From the NCBI GenBank assembly GCA_963674825.1, contig OY771587.1, positions 2,208,001 through 2,272,000 on the forward strand: DNA of 64,000 bases, in the 5' to 3' direction. This DNA comes from Candidatus Cloacimonadales bacterium. GTDB lineage: Bacteria > Cloacimonadota > Cloacimonadia > Cloacimonadales > JAIOQZ01. Both the position numbers and the translations under genes were made by a program. Under the pieces are notes generated by a model. It was not told the DNA's origin. It saw only the letters and a program-made list of their open reading frames with translations, and ran no database searches. Shown one piece after another: positions 48,871-58,106 of the stretch (position 1 is its first letter; every line of letters begins with the position of its first letter).

Positions 48871-49770
48871 TTATCCCAGCCACCAGATGAGGATGGGGAA
48901 GTAGATCATACCGGTGAGGATGGAGAAAGAAACCAGAGATGCCGCGAATTTTTCGTCGAGATTCTCCATGACCGAAAAGACCAGAGTATTGTAGCCGACA
49001 GGTGCTGCACAGCACAGAATGACGATTTTACTGAGAACGCCTTTCCATCCGAAGATGGAACATATACCGATACCGACCATGAATCCCCCGAGACTGCGGA
49101 TCAGCATTGCCGGAAGGATGTGTTTGATCGATTGCAGACGTGGTTTGAAGTAAATGCCCAATGATAGCATCACCAGCGGTGTGATCATCGCACCAAGCAG
49201 CTTCAGCCATTCCGAGGCTATCTCCGGCAAGGGTAGGTGGAGGACGTTCCAGAGCAGTCCGCCGAAGAGCGCCCAAACGGGCGGCAACCCGAAAATCTTC
49301 TTCCAGGGGACTTTCCCTTCAGAACCCATTCCGTAGCGTACCGCGAGAAAATAGCAGAACGCGAAGGTCATAAAGCCGTTGCCGAGGTTGTAAAGCGAGA
49401 GATAGGCCATGCCTTCTTCGCCATACACAGAAATGACGAACGGAATGGCGAAGGCAATGTTCACGATGAGGCTTCCGACGATGAAAGAGCCTCGTCGTTT
49501 GCGGTCCATATTCAATCTTCTGGTGGTAAGATAGCTGATGCCCCAGATCACGATGTAGGTACCGATTGCGACCAATGGCAGGCAAAGATGGTGGGGTTCA
49601 AGCTCGATCGTAGCGACCGATTCGAAGGCATAAGCAGGCAGCGCGACGTAGAGTACCAATTGCAGGAACAGCGCCGCGCTGCTTTCATTGAAAAGCTTGA
49701 TTTTACGAAGGAATATCCCTAGTATGAACGTACCAATAATCGGTAGCAATTTGATAAGGATACTCAGCAT
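48871..49770 (-). CDS. AEC (auxin efflux carrier) family transporter
   Basis: About 10 TM helices; YVALP, N.AFAIP, PPVWAL, LGAMITPLVMLSLG, AAPVG. Confidence 0.85.
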   Translation of the reverse strand: MLSILIKLLPIIGTFILGIFLRKIKLFNESSAALFLQLVLYVALPAYAFESVATIELEPHHLCLPLVAIGTYIVIWGISYLTTRRLNMDRKRRGSFIVGSLIVNIAFAIPFVISVYGEEGMAYLSLYNLGNGFMTFAFCYFLAVRYGMGSEGKVPWKKIFGLPPVWALFGGLLWNVLHLPLPEIASEWLKLLGAMITPLVMLSLGIYFKPRLQSIKHILPAMLIRSLGGFMVGIGICSIFGWKGVLSKIVILCCAAPVGYNTLVFSVMENLDEKFAASLVSFSILTGMIYFPILIWWLG

Positions 49771-49779
49771 CGAGTGTTG

Positions 49780-50985
49780 TTAATTCCTGTGTCTGCGCGG
49801 AACCGTGAACCGCTCTGAATCAATTGTGACGCCCAGCATACCCATGGTTACGGGGGCATCGCCGATAACATCCGACATGATGCCGAACGATACATCAGCG
49901 ATTGATGACTTGATGGTGAAGCCACCGGTTATAAATGCCTGGTCGTTGTCTTCAATAAGACCGTAGTCATAGCCCTCAGCTGGGTAGTACGGGTTCTGGT
50001 TTCCGCCGAATCCGCCATCCGGGTAGTCATATTCGCCGGTGAATACGCCGGGAACATACATGAAGCCGCAACGGAGGGTGGAGTACATATAATCGTACTC
50101 GAAACCGAGTTTCATGCGGGTGCGATCGTCGAAATCGTCGGCCTGCTCGCTGCAACGTTCGTATTCGATATCGGCGGCAGCGCGAAATTCTTTGTAGCGA
50201 AAGAGCACTCCCGCTGTGAGGACGGACGGGAAGGTCACGTCGTATTTCTCATCGTTATCGAGATCGAAGGTCTTGGTCGTCTTCGGCATGTAGCTTGCGC
50301 CGATTGTGACAGACTTGAAGTCGTACTGGAACCCGGGCTGGAAGCGGAATGCTGTCTCCTGGACATCGGTTCGATTGTTCTGGTAATAGTACCGGTAGTC
50401 ATCCAACGTGTAGATGCAGTAGTGGACGTTAAGACCGAGCCGAAGATTATTGAACGCATACGATGTTGCCAGTGATAACCTCGATTGCACATATGATGGC
50501 TCGAGTGTGTAAAAAGAGTCGTCGCTCATCTCACGGGTGAAGTCCATGTACTCCAGAGATTGATCCATGGAGTAGCTGAGCCCGACTGAGAGACCATTTA
50601 CAGGCTGGAATCCGATGCCGACATAGGCGAATGGATTGTTTGACTGGTAACTTTGCAAAGAATTGGTCTCGTAGATGCTTGTGGCATCGTGCTGGCGGAA
50701 CCGGGTATGATTCATCTCTTCCATATCGGTTTTATGGATGAATTCAAAGTGGAAAGTCGTCAGTTCGGTGGTGAATCCCGCCGGATTAATCATGGCGTTT
50801 TCCACGCCTTCCTGGAAAGCTGCGCCAGTGTTGCCGCGTCCCATGGCGTTGATGTTCAGGTAGTTACGAGAGTACTGGTCGTAAATGCACTGCATGAATT
50901 CAGGTGCAGTGTATTGGTAGCGGTCCAGGGCGACCACTTGCAGGAACATGCTCAGAACAAGAAGAATAAGCATGCTGCGTTTCAT
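49780..50985 (-). CDS. Putative outer-membrane beta-barrel (FadL/PorV-like)
   Basis: Signal peptide; NAMGRGNTG...NPAG N-terminal motif; aromatic-rich alternating strands. Confidence 0.65.
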   Translation of the reverse strand: MKRSMLILLVLSMFLQVVALDRYQYTAPEFMQCIYDQYSRNYLNINAMGRGNTGAAFQEGVENAMINPAGFTTELTTFHFEFIHKTDMEEMNHTRFRQHDATSIYETNSLQSYQSNNPFAYVGIGFQPVNGLSVGLSYSMDQSLEYMDFTREMSDDSFYTLEPSYVQSRLSLATSYAFNNLRLGLNVHYCIYTLDDYRYYYQNNRTDVQETAFRFQPGFQYDFKSVTIGASYMPKTTKTFDLDNDEKYDVTFPSVLTAGVLFRYKEFRAAADIEYERCSEQADDFDDRTRMKLGFEYDYMYSTLRCGFMYVPGVFTGEYDYPDGGFGGNQNPYYPAEGYDYGLIEDNDQAFITGGFTIKSSIADVSFGIMSDVIGDAPVTMGMLGVTIDSERFTVPRRHRN

Positions 50986-50996
50986 AAAATACCCCT

Positions 50997-52250
50997 TCAT
51001 GTACGGTAAATGGTTTGTTTTCTGTCAGGTCCAACCGAGATGACGGTGAACCGGATACCGATCACCTCTTCCAATTTCGCTATATATTTCTTTGTGTTTT
51101 CTGGTAACTGGTCGTACTCGCGAATGGTGGAGATATCCTCACGCCAGCCATCCATCTCGATGTAGATGGGCTCGGCGTGTTCGAGGTCTTCCGCGTTGAA
51201 CGGCATTTCGCGCGTGCTGATCCCTTCAATGCAGTAGCCGATGCATATCTTGATTTTATCGAATCCGCTGAGAACGTCCAGCAGGGTGATCGCACCGTCC
51301 GTGAGGCCGTTGATCATGGCGGTGAAGCGAGCAGCAACGGCGTCGAACCAGCCGCAGCGTCTTGGTCGGCCTGTTGAAGCGCCGTATTCGTGGCCCTGCT
51401 CGCGGATGCGGTTTCCTGTCTCGTTATTGAGTTCGGTGGGGAAGGGACCTTCGCCAACGCGCGTCGTATAGGCTTTGTAAACGCCAAGGATGCGGTCGAT
51501 TTTGTTTGGTGCGAATCCGCTTCCTGCCGATATACCGCCGGCGGAAGTGTACGATGATGTCACGAACGGGTAGGTTCCGAATCCGACATCCAGAAGCGTC
51601 CCTTGTGCGCCTTCGAACAGCAATTCGCGACCTTCGCTGTGGAAACGATCCAGCAGGTACGGCACCTGTGCAAAATATGGTTTGAGCCTTTCGCCGGCAG
51701 CGAGTAGCTCAGTGATTACGTTATCGATGTCTTGTGTATCTTTCTTGTGGAATGCATAAATACGTTCGAGTCTGGCTCGGAGTTGGACTGGATTTGTGAG
51801 ATCGATGATCTGCGGAGCAATACGCGATGCGCGATCGGCGTAGGTTGGCCCGATACCGCGTCGGGTCGTGCCGATCTTTGTCTGACCAACAGAGTCCTCT
51901 CTGCTGGAATCGAGTTCTTTATGCAGAGGAAGAACCAGGGTTGCGCGAGGATCGATGAAAAAGCGTCCTTCAAACGACAGACCGCGGCTGCGCAGTTCGT
52001 CCATCTCCTGAAGAAGCATGATCGGGTCGATCACGGTTCCTGCTCCCAGAAAACAATTTTTCTCGGGATAGAGCATTCCGGATGGAACCAGATGAAACAC
52101 AAACTTTTCGCCATCCTTGATGATGGTGTGACCTGCGTTGCTGCCTCCCTGAAAACGGATAATGGCATCCGCCTTTACTGCCAGGGCATCGACGATTTTG
52201 GCTTTGCCTTCATCGCCCCAAAGGCATCCCAGTACTGCTGTTACGGACAT
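50997..52250 (-). CDS. purA: Adenylosuccinate synthetase
   Basis: WGDEGKAK, QGGSNAGHT, GTTRRGIGP.Y, EGAQG, TRVGEGPFPTE, TGRPRRCGWFD. Confidence 0.98.
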   Translation of the reverse strand: MSVTAVLGCLWGDEGKAKIVDALAVKADAIIRFQGGSNAGHTIIKDGEKFVFHLVPSGMLYPEKNCFLGAGTVIDPIMLLQEMDELRSRGLSFEGRFFIDPRATLVLPLHKELDSSREDSVGQTKIGTTRRGIGPTYADRASRIAPQIIDLTNPVQLRARLERIYAFHKKDTQDIDNVITELLAAGERLKPYFAQVPYLLDRFHSEGRELLFEGAQGTLLDVGFGTYPFVTSSYTSAGGISAGSGFAPNKIDRILGVYKAYTTRVGEGPFPTELNNETGNRIREQGHEYGASTGRPRRCGWFDAVAARFTAMINGLTDGAITLLDVLSGFDKIKICIGYCIEGISTREMPFNAEDLEHAEPIYIEMDGWREDISTIREYDQLPENTKKYIAKLEEVIGIRFTVISVGPDRKQTIYRT

Positions 52251-52331
52251 AATCTCTCCTAAGTGTATGGATACACCATTCATACGACGGAAAGAAATGA
52301 TGTCAAGCAAGGAAACGAGGAAACTTGCCCA

Positions 52332-53402
52332 CTATGGCATTGCGATCTTCTGAATGAAGCCAGTCAATCCGAATAATGGATGACCGACATGCCCATACAG
52401 GATGATCGATTCACCGTCGCGGACCGCGTCAGGTATCATCAGCACTTTGGGATCGAAGGAACTCAACATCTCGATCTTGCCGTCTTTGGTTATTTTCTGG
52501 ATGGCCACCAGCGTTGTGAGGTCAGGTTTTTCTTTTGATTTCTGTACGCCCAGTATCAGGTTATCAAGGAACTTCACCACGTATCCTTCGTAGGGGATTT
52601 CCATACCGGATTCGAGCATAAACAGGCGACTGTCTGATGGAACCGGTCCCGCGTCAGTTTTTGTGTATAGCGCTACCAGGCCGGTATTGCCGGTTGTGAA
52701 GTCTTTAACGCCAAGATTTGCATCAAATCCATCGACTGTCTTGATAGGCGTGATGGCGTGATTTTCCATATCCAGTTCGCTTATGGTAAGGATGCCGTCA
52801 TTTTTTGCACCTGCAAGGAGCATTCCTGAATCCTGCTTGATTCGATCGATCTCCTGTGGTATCAACCACGGACTTATCGCAATTTCATCTTCCGTAAAGG
52901 AATAGAGAAACGTGGAATCGTGATCGTAAACTACCAGGATTCCGCTATTGCCGGTAGAGAACAGGTCCATGCGAATAATGCGATCTGCGTCCATGATTGC
53001 TTCCGCATGCAACGGGTTTCCATTCTGATCGATATGCACGAGGTCGTAATGATAATATTCCGGATGCACGTATGTCTGCTGTAGCAGCCAGTAGCCATGA
53101 TTTGACTCAACGCACTTCTGGATTACTGCTAAAGAATCCAGATGGATCGTTGTGCGCCCGATTTCATTCAAATCCTGGTCGTACTTCAGTATCATATGTT
53201 TGGTTATTGGCTTGAGCACTTCCAGGGTACTCGCGAGAATTTCATAGGAGCCATCGCTTTGCGGAAAGACGCCGTGAATCATTGTGTTGGCATCTGGATT
53301 GACGATCTTGTATGGTGCATCTTTGAGTGCTGGAAATCCACACGAAATCAGAATCAGAAAAGTGATCGAGAGCATGAAAAGTATGCGAGTGTGCGTTTTC
53401 AT
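52332..53402 (-). CDS. Hypothetical lipoprotein (possible beta-propeller)
   Basis: Lipobox LISC; AAGGAG-like RBS; no recognised family. Confidence 0.7.
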   Translation of the reverse strand: MKTHTRILFMLSITFLILISCGFPALKDAPYKIVNPDANTMIHGVFPQSDGSYEILASTLEVLKPITKHMILKYDQDLNEIGRTTIHLDSLAVIQKCVESNHGYWLLQQTYVHPEYYHYDLVHIDQNGNPLHAEAIMDADRIIRMDLFSTGNSGILVVYDHDSTFLYSFTEDEIAISPWLIPQEIDRIKQDSGMLLAGAKNDGILTISELDMENHAITPIKTVDGFDANLGVKDFTTGNTGLVALYTKTDAGPVPSDSRLFMLESGMEIPYEGYVVKFLDNLILGVQKSKEKPDLTTLVAIQKITKDGKIEMLSSFDPKVLMIPDAVRDGESIILYGHVGHPLFGLTGFIQKIAMP

Positions 53403-53467
53403 AAGGAACTCCTTGGTCAGGGTCGCTGATCTACTGCGTCTTTGGTAAATTTATTGATTATCCGTGA

Positions 53468-54568
53468 TCACAGAAGCGTGTTGATCACCTCATTGGAAAC
53501 GAAATAGCCCTTTGGCATAAGGCGTAGATGACCATCGATAATGCAGATATAGCCGTCGCGGATCAGCCGGAAGATTTCGGTTCCCTTCTCTTTCAGCAGG
53601 TCATGATGAAACCGCTCGTTATACTCATCGAGGTTGAGCCCGACGGTCTTACGCAGACTGAGCAGGATTATCTCTTTGCGGAGCTCTTCTTCGTATAGTT
53701 GGATCGCGTTGGGCATGATGTAGTTGTGTTCAATGTTCTCGATGTAAGCCTGGATATCCTCGCGGTTGGTGTAGCGCTTGCTGTCGATGAAGCCGGATGC
53801 GCCGGCACCGAGTCCAAGGTAATCGACCCCGTTCCAGTACGAGGTGTTATGGCGGCTGTGAAAGCCATCTTTGGCAAAGTTGGAGATCTCGTATTGCCCG
53901 TAATCGGAGAGACCTTTTCGTAGCGTGTCGTAAAAGTCCGTGACCAGATCGTCGTCCGGCAGGGTAGCGCCGAACATGGGTGCGTCGGGTTCCAGGCTGA
54001 GGCAGTAGGTGGAAATATGCTCTGGCTTCATCTCGCGAACGCGCTCGAGATTGTAAGCGATGTCATGCATCGTCTGGCCGGGGAGGCCGTACATCAGGTC
54101 GATGGAGATATTGTCGAAACCAGCTTGCCGTAGCTCATGGATCGTGTTGCGTGCCTGTTGTGCGTCATGGAGTCGGCCAAGGAGCATAAGCTCGCGGTCG
54201 ATGAACGATTGCACGCCGAGGCTGACACGGTTGATCAGTCTGCGGTAATCAGCGAGTGGTGCGGCGATGACAGCCGGATTCATTTCGATGGTTATCTCGG
54301 TATCGTCTGGGTAATCGAAGCAGGCGAGGATGGATTCGATATCCTGCGGTGTCAGCAGCGATGGCGTACCGCCCCCGAAGTAGATGGTTGAAGGCTGGAT
54401 ATCGTATTGCTCGTGGAAGAGATGGATTTCTCGCCGGAGTGCGCTGAGATAGCGTTTTCTATGAGATACAAAGCTATTATCGTCGATTGGCAGTGAGAAG
54501 AAGGAGCAATAGCCGCACTTCCTCTTGCAGAAAGGGATGTGGATATAGACGTGCCGGATCGGCGTCAT
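53468..54568 (-). CDS. hemW: Radical SAM heme chaperone HemW (HemN-like)
   Basis: YIHIPFCKRKCGYCSF, YFGGGTPS, RVSLGVQSF, YEISNFA, HNTSYW. Confidence 0.88.
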   Translation of the reverse strand: MTPIRHVYIHIPFCKRKCGYCSFFSLPIDDNSFVSHRKRYLSALRREIHLFHEQYDIQPSTIYFGGGTPSLLTPQDIESILACFDYPDDTEITIEMNPAVIAAPLADYRRLINRVSLGVQSFIDRELMLLGRLHDAQQARNTIHELRQAGFDNISIDLMYGLPGQTMHDIAYNLERVREMKPEHISTYCLSLEPDAPMFGATLPDDDLVTDFYDTLRKGLSDYGQYEISNFAKDGFHSRHNTSYWNGVDYLGLGAGASGFIDSKRYTNREDIQAYIENIEHNYIMPNAIQLYEEELRKEIILLSLRKTVGLNLDEYNERFHHDLLKEKGTEIFRLIRDGYICIIDGHLRLMPKGYFVSNEVINTLL

Positions 54569-55401
54569 CGGATCAGATTGAAGAAACGCTCCCAGCGGAT
54601 TCGTGAGGGAGGTTTCTTGCCCTGCTGCATCAACCTCATGGTGTAGGCGTATTCGTTCATGTTCTTGATCGGTTCTTCGCCAACGGAGAAGAAGATCAGC
54701 AGCGGTGTTCCGGTGATGCGTCTGCGATCAAGGAAGCCCCAGTAGCGGCTGTCGAGACTGCGATCGCGGTTGTCCCCCAATACGAAGTAGCTTCCTTCCG
54801 GTACAATAATCGGTCCGAAGTTGTCGCGCGTTCCCATCTCCTGTCCTTCGTACTCGCCGAAGTTGACATCAGCACCCGGGTAGCTCCCGCGGCTCCAAAC
54901 GATCTGATCTTCGATCAATTCGCCCTGGCGATTTCTGCCCATCCAATTCTGCGGATCGACGTGCTGCTCGTAATCGCGGATCATCACTTCGCCGTTAACA
55001 TAGACGCGCTGGTTGACGATCCTGATGCTGTCGCCCGGCATGCCGATAACCCGTTTCACGACGTTCTTGGGCGCGTGATAGGTGAAGAACATCTTGTCTC
55101 TGTCCCAGAAGATCGGGCCCAGCAATCGTTTGTAGTTCTCCGGCGGTTGCGGCGTGACCGGATCGGCTGGATACCGGAACGTGACGATGTCTTCCCATTC
55201 GGGGTCTTCAAACAGGAAGCTGATCTTGTCCGCCACCAGGTAGTCGCCGATAAGCATGGTCGATTCCATGGACGAAGAGGGAATCATGAAGTTCTGGAAG
55301 GTGTAGTTTCGGATCACCATCGCGACAACAAACGCGAACAGCAACGCCTCTACGTAATCCTGAACGATATTCTTTTTGCGCTGAATTTTCTTCTTTCTCA
55401 T
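54565..55401 (-). CDS. lepB: Signal peptidase I
   Basis: IPSSSME (Ser), VKRVIGMPGD (Lys), GDNRDRSLDSRYWG. Confidence 0.95.
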   Translation of the reverse strand: MRKKKIQRKKNIVQDYVEALLFAFVVAMVIRNYTFQNFMIPSSSMESTMLIGDYLVADKISFLFEDPEWEDIVTFRYPADPVTPQPPENYKRLLGPIFWDRDKMFFTYHAPKNVVKRVIGMPGDSIRIVNQRVYVNGEVMIRDYEQHVDPQNWMGRNRQGELIEDQIVWSRGSYPGADVNFGEYEGQEMGTRDNFGPIIVPEGSYFVLGDNRDRSLDSRYWGFLDRRRITGTPLLIFFSVGEEPIKNMNEYAYTMRLMQQGKKPPSRIRWERFFNLIR

Positions 55402-55562
55402 ATTGATACCTGTAATCCAAACGCATTTCCAGATGAGTCGTGTCAAGAAAAACGTGGTGGAGGCTGTTATATTGAGGAGTTGATCTTTTCAGAAAGAAAT
55501 CATTTGACAGTAATTGAGCGACAAAGCATTCATTTAATAAATAAGTTAGGTGTCGAGAAAAG

Positions 55563-56395
55563 ATGCAATACTATTGTTTGAATAACACACATTGCGATTA
55601 TGAAGGCTTCAGGCAGATAATTGAGTTGTATCATTACTGTCGTAAATTCGAATTTACTCAAATTCCAATCCAATTGAATTCATGGTTCAGCGCTAACCTA
55701 TGCTCATGCCTTGGTGGAATTCTTGATCTAACTGATAATAATTTTCTTTTTCAGTTTCAAGAGCCGAAAACACAAGAAATATTTCAACGTAATGGTTTTT
55801 ATCTCATTTCTCTTATCCGAGAATGAGAGATGGGTATCAGACAACAATTGAATACTTAAAATTAAAGCCAGAGCATGGAAGGTATTTTACGGAGGTATTG
55901 GTAACGAAATTATTGAGCCATCCAGAATACCCTGATTTGGCAAGTGAAGCGAAAAAGAAAATTTACGAGTCGATATTAGAGATTTTTGATAACGCTAAGC
56001 ATCATAGTGAAACTATGCAAATTTATACTTGTGGGCAATATTTTCCCCAAAAGAATTCTATTAAATATACAATTACGGATACAGGGATTGGAATTCCGGA
56101 ACGGATTTTCAAAACCTATGGTAGAAAACTCGATTCGAGACGGGCTATTGAATGGGCAATAGAATATGCTAACTCAACGAAGCAAAATGCATCAGGGGGA
56201 ATTGGACTATATGACTTAAAAGATTTCATTGCCAAAAATCAAGGACGGATTCATATTGTCAGTGCTGATGGATTTTATGAATTGGATCCTTCGGGTGAAA
56301 GGTTTTTGCTATTTGATAAGCCTTTCCCGGGAACGATTGTTAACATGGAATTTTGCACTAAGAGTGCGCCTGTAAGTGCAGAATATGAAGTTTAA
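55563..56395 (+). pseudogene. STAS-like + HATPase (anti-sigma kinase-like) gene split by a 1-nt frameshift into ORFs 55563..55826 and 55823..56395
   Basis: EIFDNAKHHS (N box), ITDTGIGI (G1), STK...GGIGL (G2), FPGT; adding one T to the T5 run at 55796-55800 joins the frames as ...QRNGFLSHFSYPRMRDGYQTT... Confidence 0.7.
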
Positions 56396-56406
56396 GGGGA
56401 GAAGTA

Positions 56407-56754
56407 ATGGAGCAGTTCAAGTTAGATATCTATAATATTGTGGGGAGCGAATATTGCATTGAATCGGGAGATGGTGAGCACGTCTTCAGCGTGATAAATA
56501 GAGCGCTTGATAGTGGAAAGCAAGTTCTGCTTTCTTTTAATAACATTGATATTGTCACTACAGCTTTTCTAAATCCTGCGATAGGTAGGCTCCTTGAAAA
56601 GCACGCAAAAAGTGAGATTTATAGTAGGATCATTTTTTCGGATATCTCTGAGTCTGACATGATAAAAGTAGAACGTGTTATCGAAACAGCGGAATTGTAT
56701 TACAAGGATCCTGATAGAATGCAAAGATCTGTTGATAGCGTTTATGAGGATTAA
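56407..56754 (+). CDS. STAS-like domain protein (DUF4325-like)
   Basis: DGEHVF..I..AL...KQVLLSFNNIDIVTTAFLNPAIGRL. Confidence 0.8.
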   Translation: MEQFKLDIYNIVGSEYCIESGDGEHVFSVINRALDSGKQVLLSFNNIDIVTTAFLNPAIGRLLEKHAKSEIYSRIIFSDISESDMIKVERVIETAELYYKDPDRMQRSVDSVYED

Positions 56755-56757
56755 TGT

Positions 56758-57300
56758 ATGAATCGGCGATACTGCAAAGGAGACATCGCTTCTTTTTCAG
56801 ATCAGACCGTATTCTTCGATGCAAATGTATTGCTGTATTTATTCTATCCTGCATATTCCAAGAATCATTGGGTACCGAAATATTCAAGTATTTTTGGCGC
56901 ATTGATGAGAGACAAAATAAATATCGTTGTGGATTTCATGGTTCTTTCTGAATTTGTAAATCGCATATTAAGGGAGTCTTACAAAGATAGATGCAGGAAA
57001 AAAAAGGTGTCTCAACAAAAGTATTCATACAAAAAATTCAGGAATTCAAGGGTATGCATAAAATTGGAAAACAGTATATATGATTGGATTAGAAATGACA
57101 TTTTAAAGGTGTGCTCAATTTATTCATATTCAATATCCGAATCGGACGTACAGTCAATACTTACAGTGAGTGAGCTCGATTTCCAAGACAAACTCATTGA
57201 AAAAGTATGCAGGGATAACGATTTCATTCTCTGCACAAACGACTCAGATTTTAAAAATTCGGATATTGATATTCTGAGCGCACATCCTGACTTAAGCTGA
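56758..57300 (+). CDS. PIN-domain ribonuclease-like protein
   Basis: FFDANVL, VLSEFVN, LDFQD, TNDSDF acidic active-site pattern. Confidence 0.85.
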   Translation: MNRRYCKGDIASFSDQTVFFDANVLLYLFYPAYSKNHWVPKYSSIFGALMRDKINIVVDFMVLSEFVNRILRESYKDRCRKKKVSQQKYSYKKFRNSRVCIKLENSIYDWIRNDILKVCSIYSYSISESDVQSILTVSELDFQDKLIEKVCRDNDFILCTNDSDFKNSDIDILSAHPDLS

Positions 57301-57428
57301 TCTTCTTCCCAATAATATCGTCAATTTAACAAGCTCCTCGCTCCCATCTCTTTTTCCTTGACGGAAATTGTATCGAAACCAGATTTTTATGGTACGATAC
57401 GAAAATGTATGGTACACAGGAAGGTTCG

Positions 57429-58106
57429 ATGATATATTCAAAATTACTTGAACGCTATGATAATATCGTGCATGGATTTGGCACGGTCAGAGATTCATTG
57501 CTGGACATACAGAACGCCTGCAAGCCGCTTTTTGGCGGAGCGAATCCAGCGCTGATTCAGGCGGAACAGGTGCACGATGCCAAAGTGGCGATTGTGCACA
57601 ACAACATTTACACAGGTAGCGCCCCCATCCGTAACATGGACGGGCTGATCACTCGCGATATGGATACGGTGGTCATCGTTCGCAGCGCGGACTGCATCCC
57701 GATCCTGATCTACGACCCGGTGAAGAAGGTTTGCGGAGCTATACATGCCGGACGCAGAAGTATCACCAAGGGCATCGTCGAGAACGCTGTGCAGATGTTC
57801 AAGGGACGCTTCAGCAGCCAGGTGGAAAACCTGCTGGTGGTGCTCGGTCCCGCAATCTGCAAGGATCACTACCAGGTGGACCAGAAGACACAGGATATCT
57901 TCGTCTCGGTAACGGGCATCGCGCAGGAGAAAGGCGTGATCGACCTCACCGGTGCGGTTGTCCAGAAGCTGGAAAAGCTCGGGCTGCCGAAGAAGAATCT
58001 GGACGTGATTGATATCTGTACATTTGAGCACGAAGATTTCCATTCCTACCGTCAGAAGAAGACGGAACAAAGACAATACTCCTACATCGGATTGAAGCAT
58101 GACTGA
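57429..58106 (+). CDS. pgeF: YfiH/PgeF peptidoglycan editing factor (laccase-domain)
   Basis: HGF, QVH, DGLIT, ADCIPI, IHAGR, GPAI, CT, FHSYR. Confidence 0.9.
   Translation: MIYSKLLERYDNIVHGFGTVRDSLLDIQNACKPLFGGANPALIQAEQVHDAKVAIVHNNIYTGSAPIRNMDGLITRDMDTVVIVRSADCIPILIYDPVKKVCGAIHAGRRSITKGIVENAVQMFKGRFSSQVENLLVVLGPAICKDHYQVDQKTQDIFVSVTGIAQEKGVIDLTGAVVQKLEKLGLPKKNLDVIDICTFEHEDFHSYRQKKTEQRQYSYIGLKHD

Noticed and set aside
55474..57340. Terminal inverted repeats (GAGGAGTTG / CAAGCTCCTC) bounding the AT-rich island
   Set aside because: Too short and imperfect, with no target-site duplication or transposase; could be chance.
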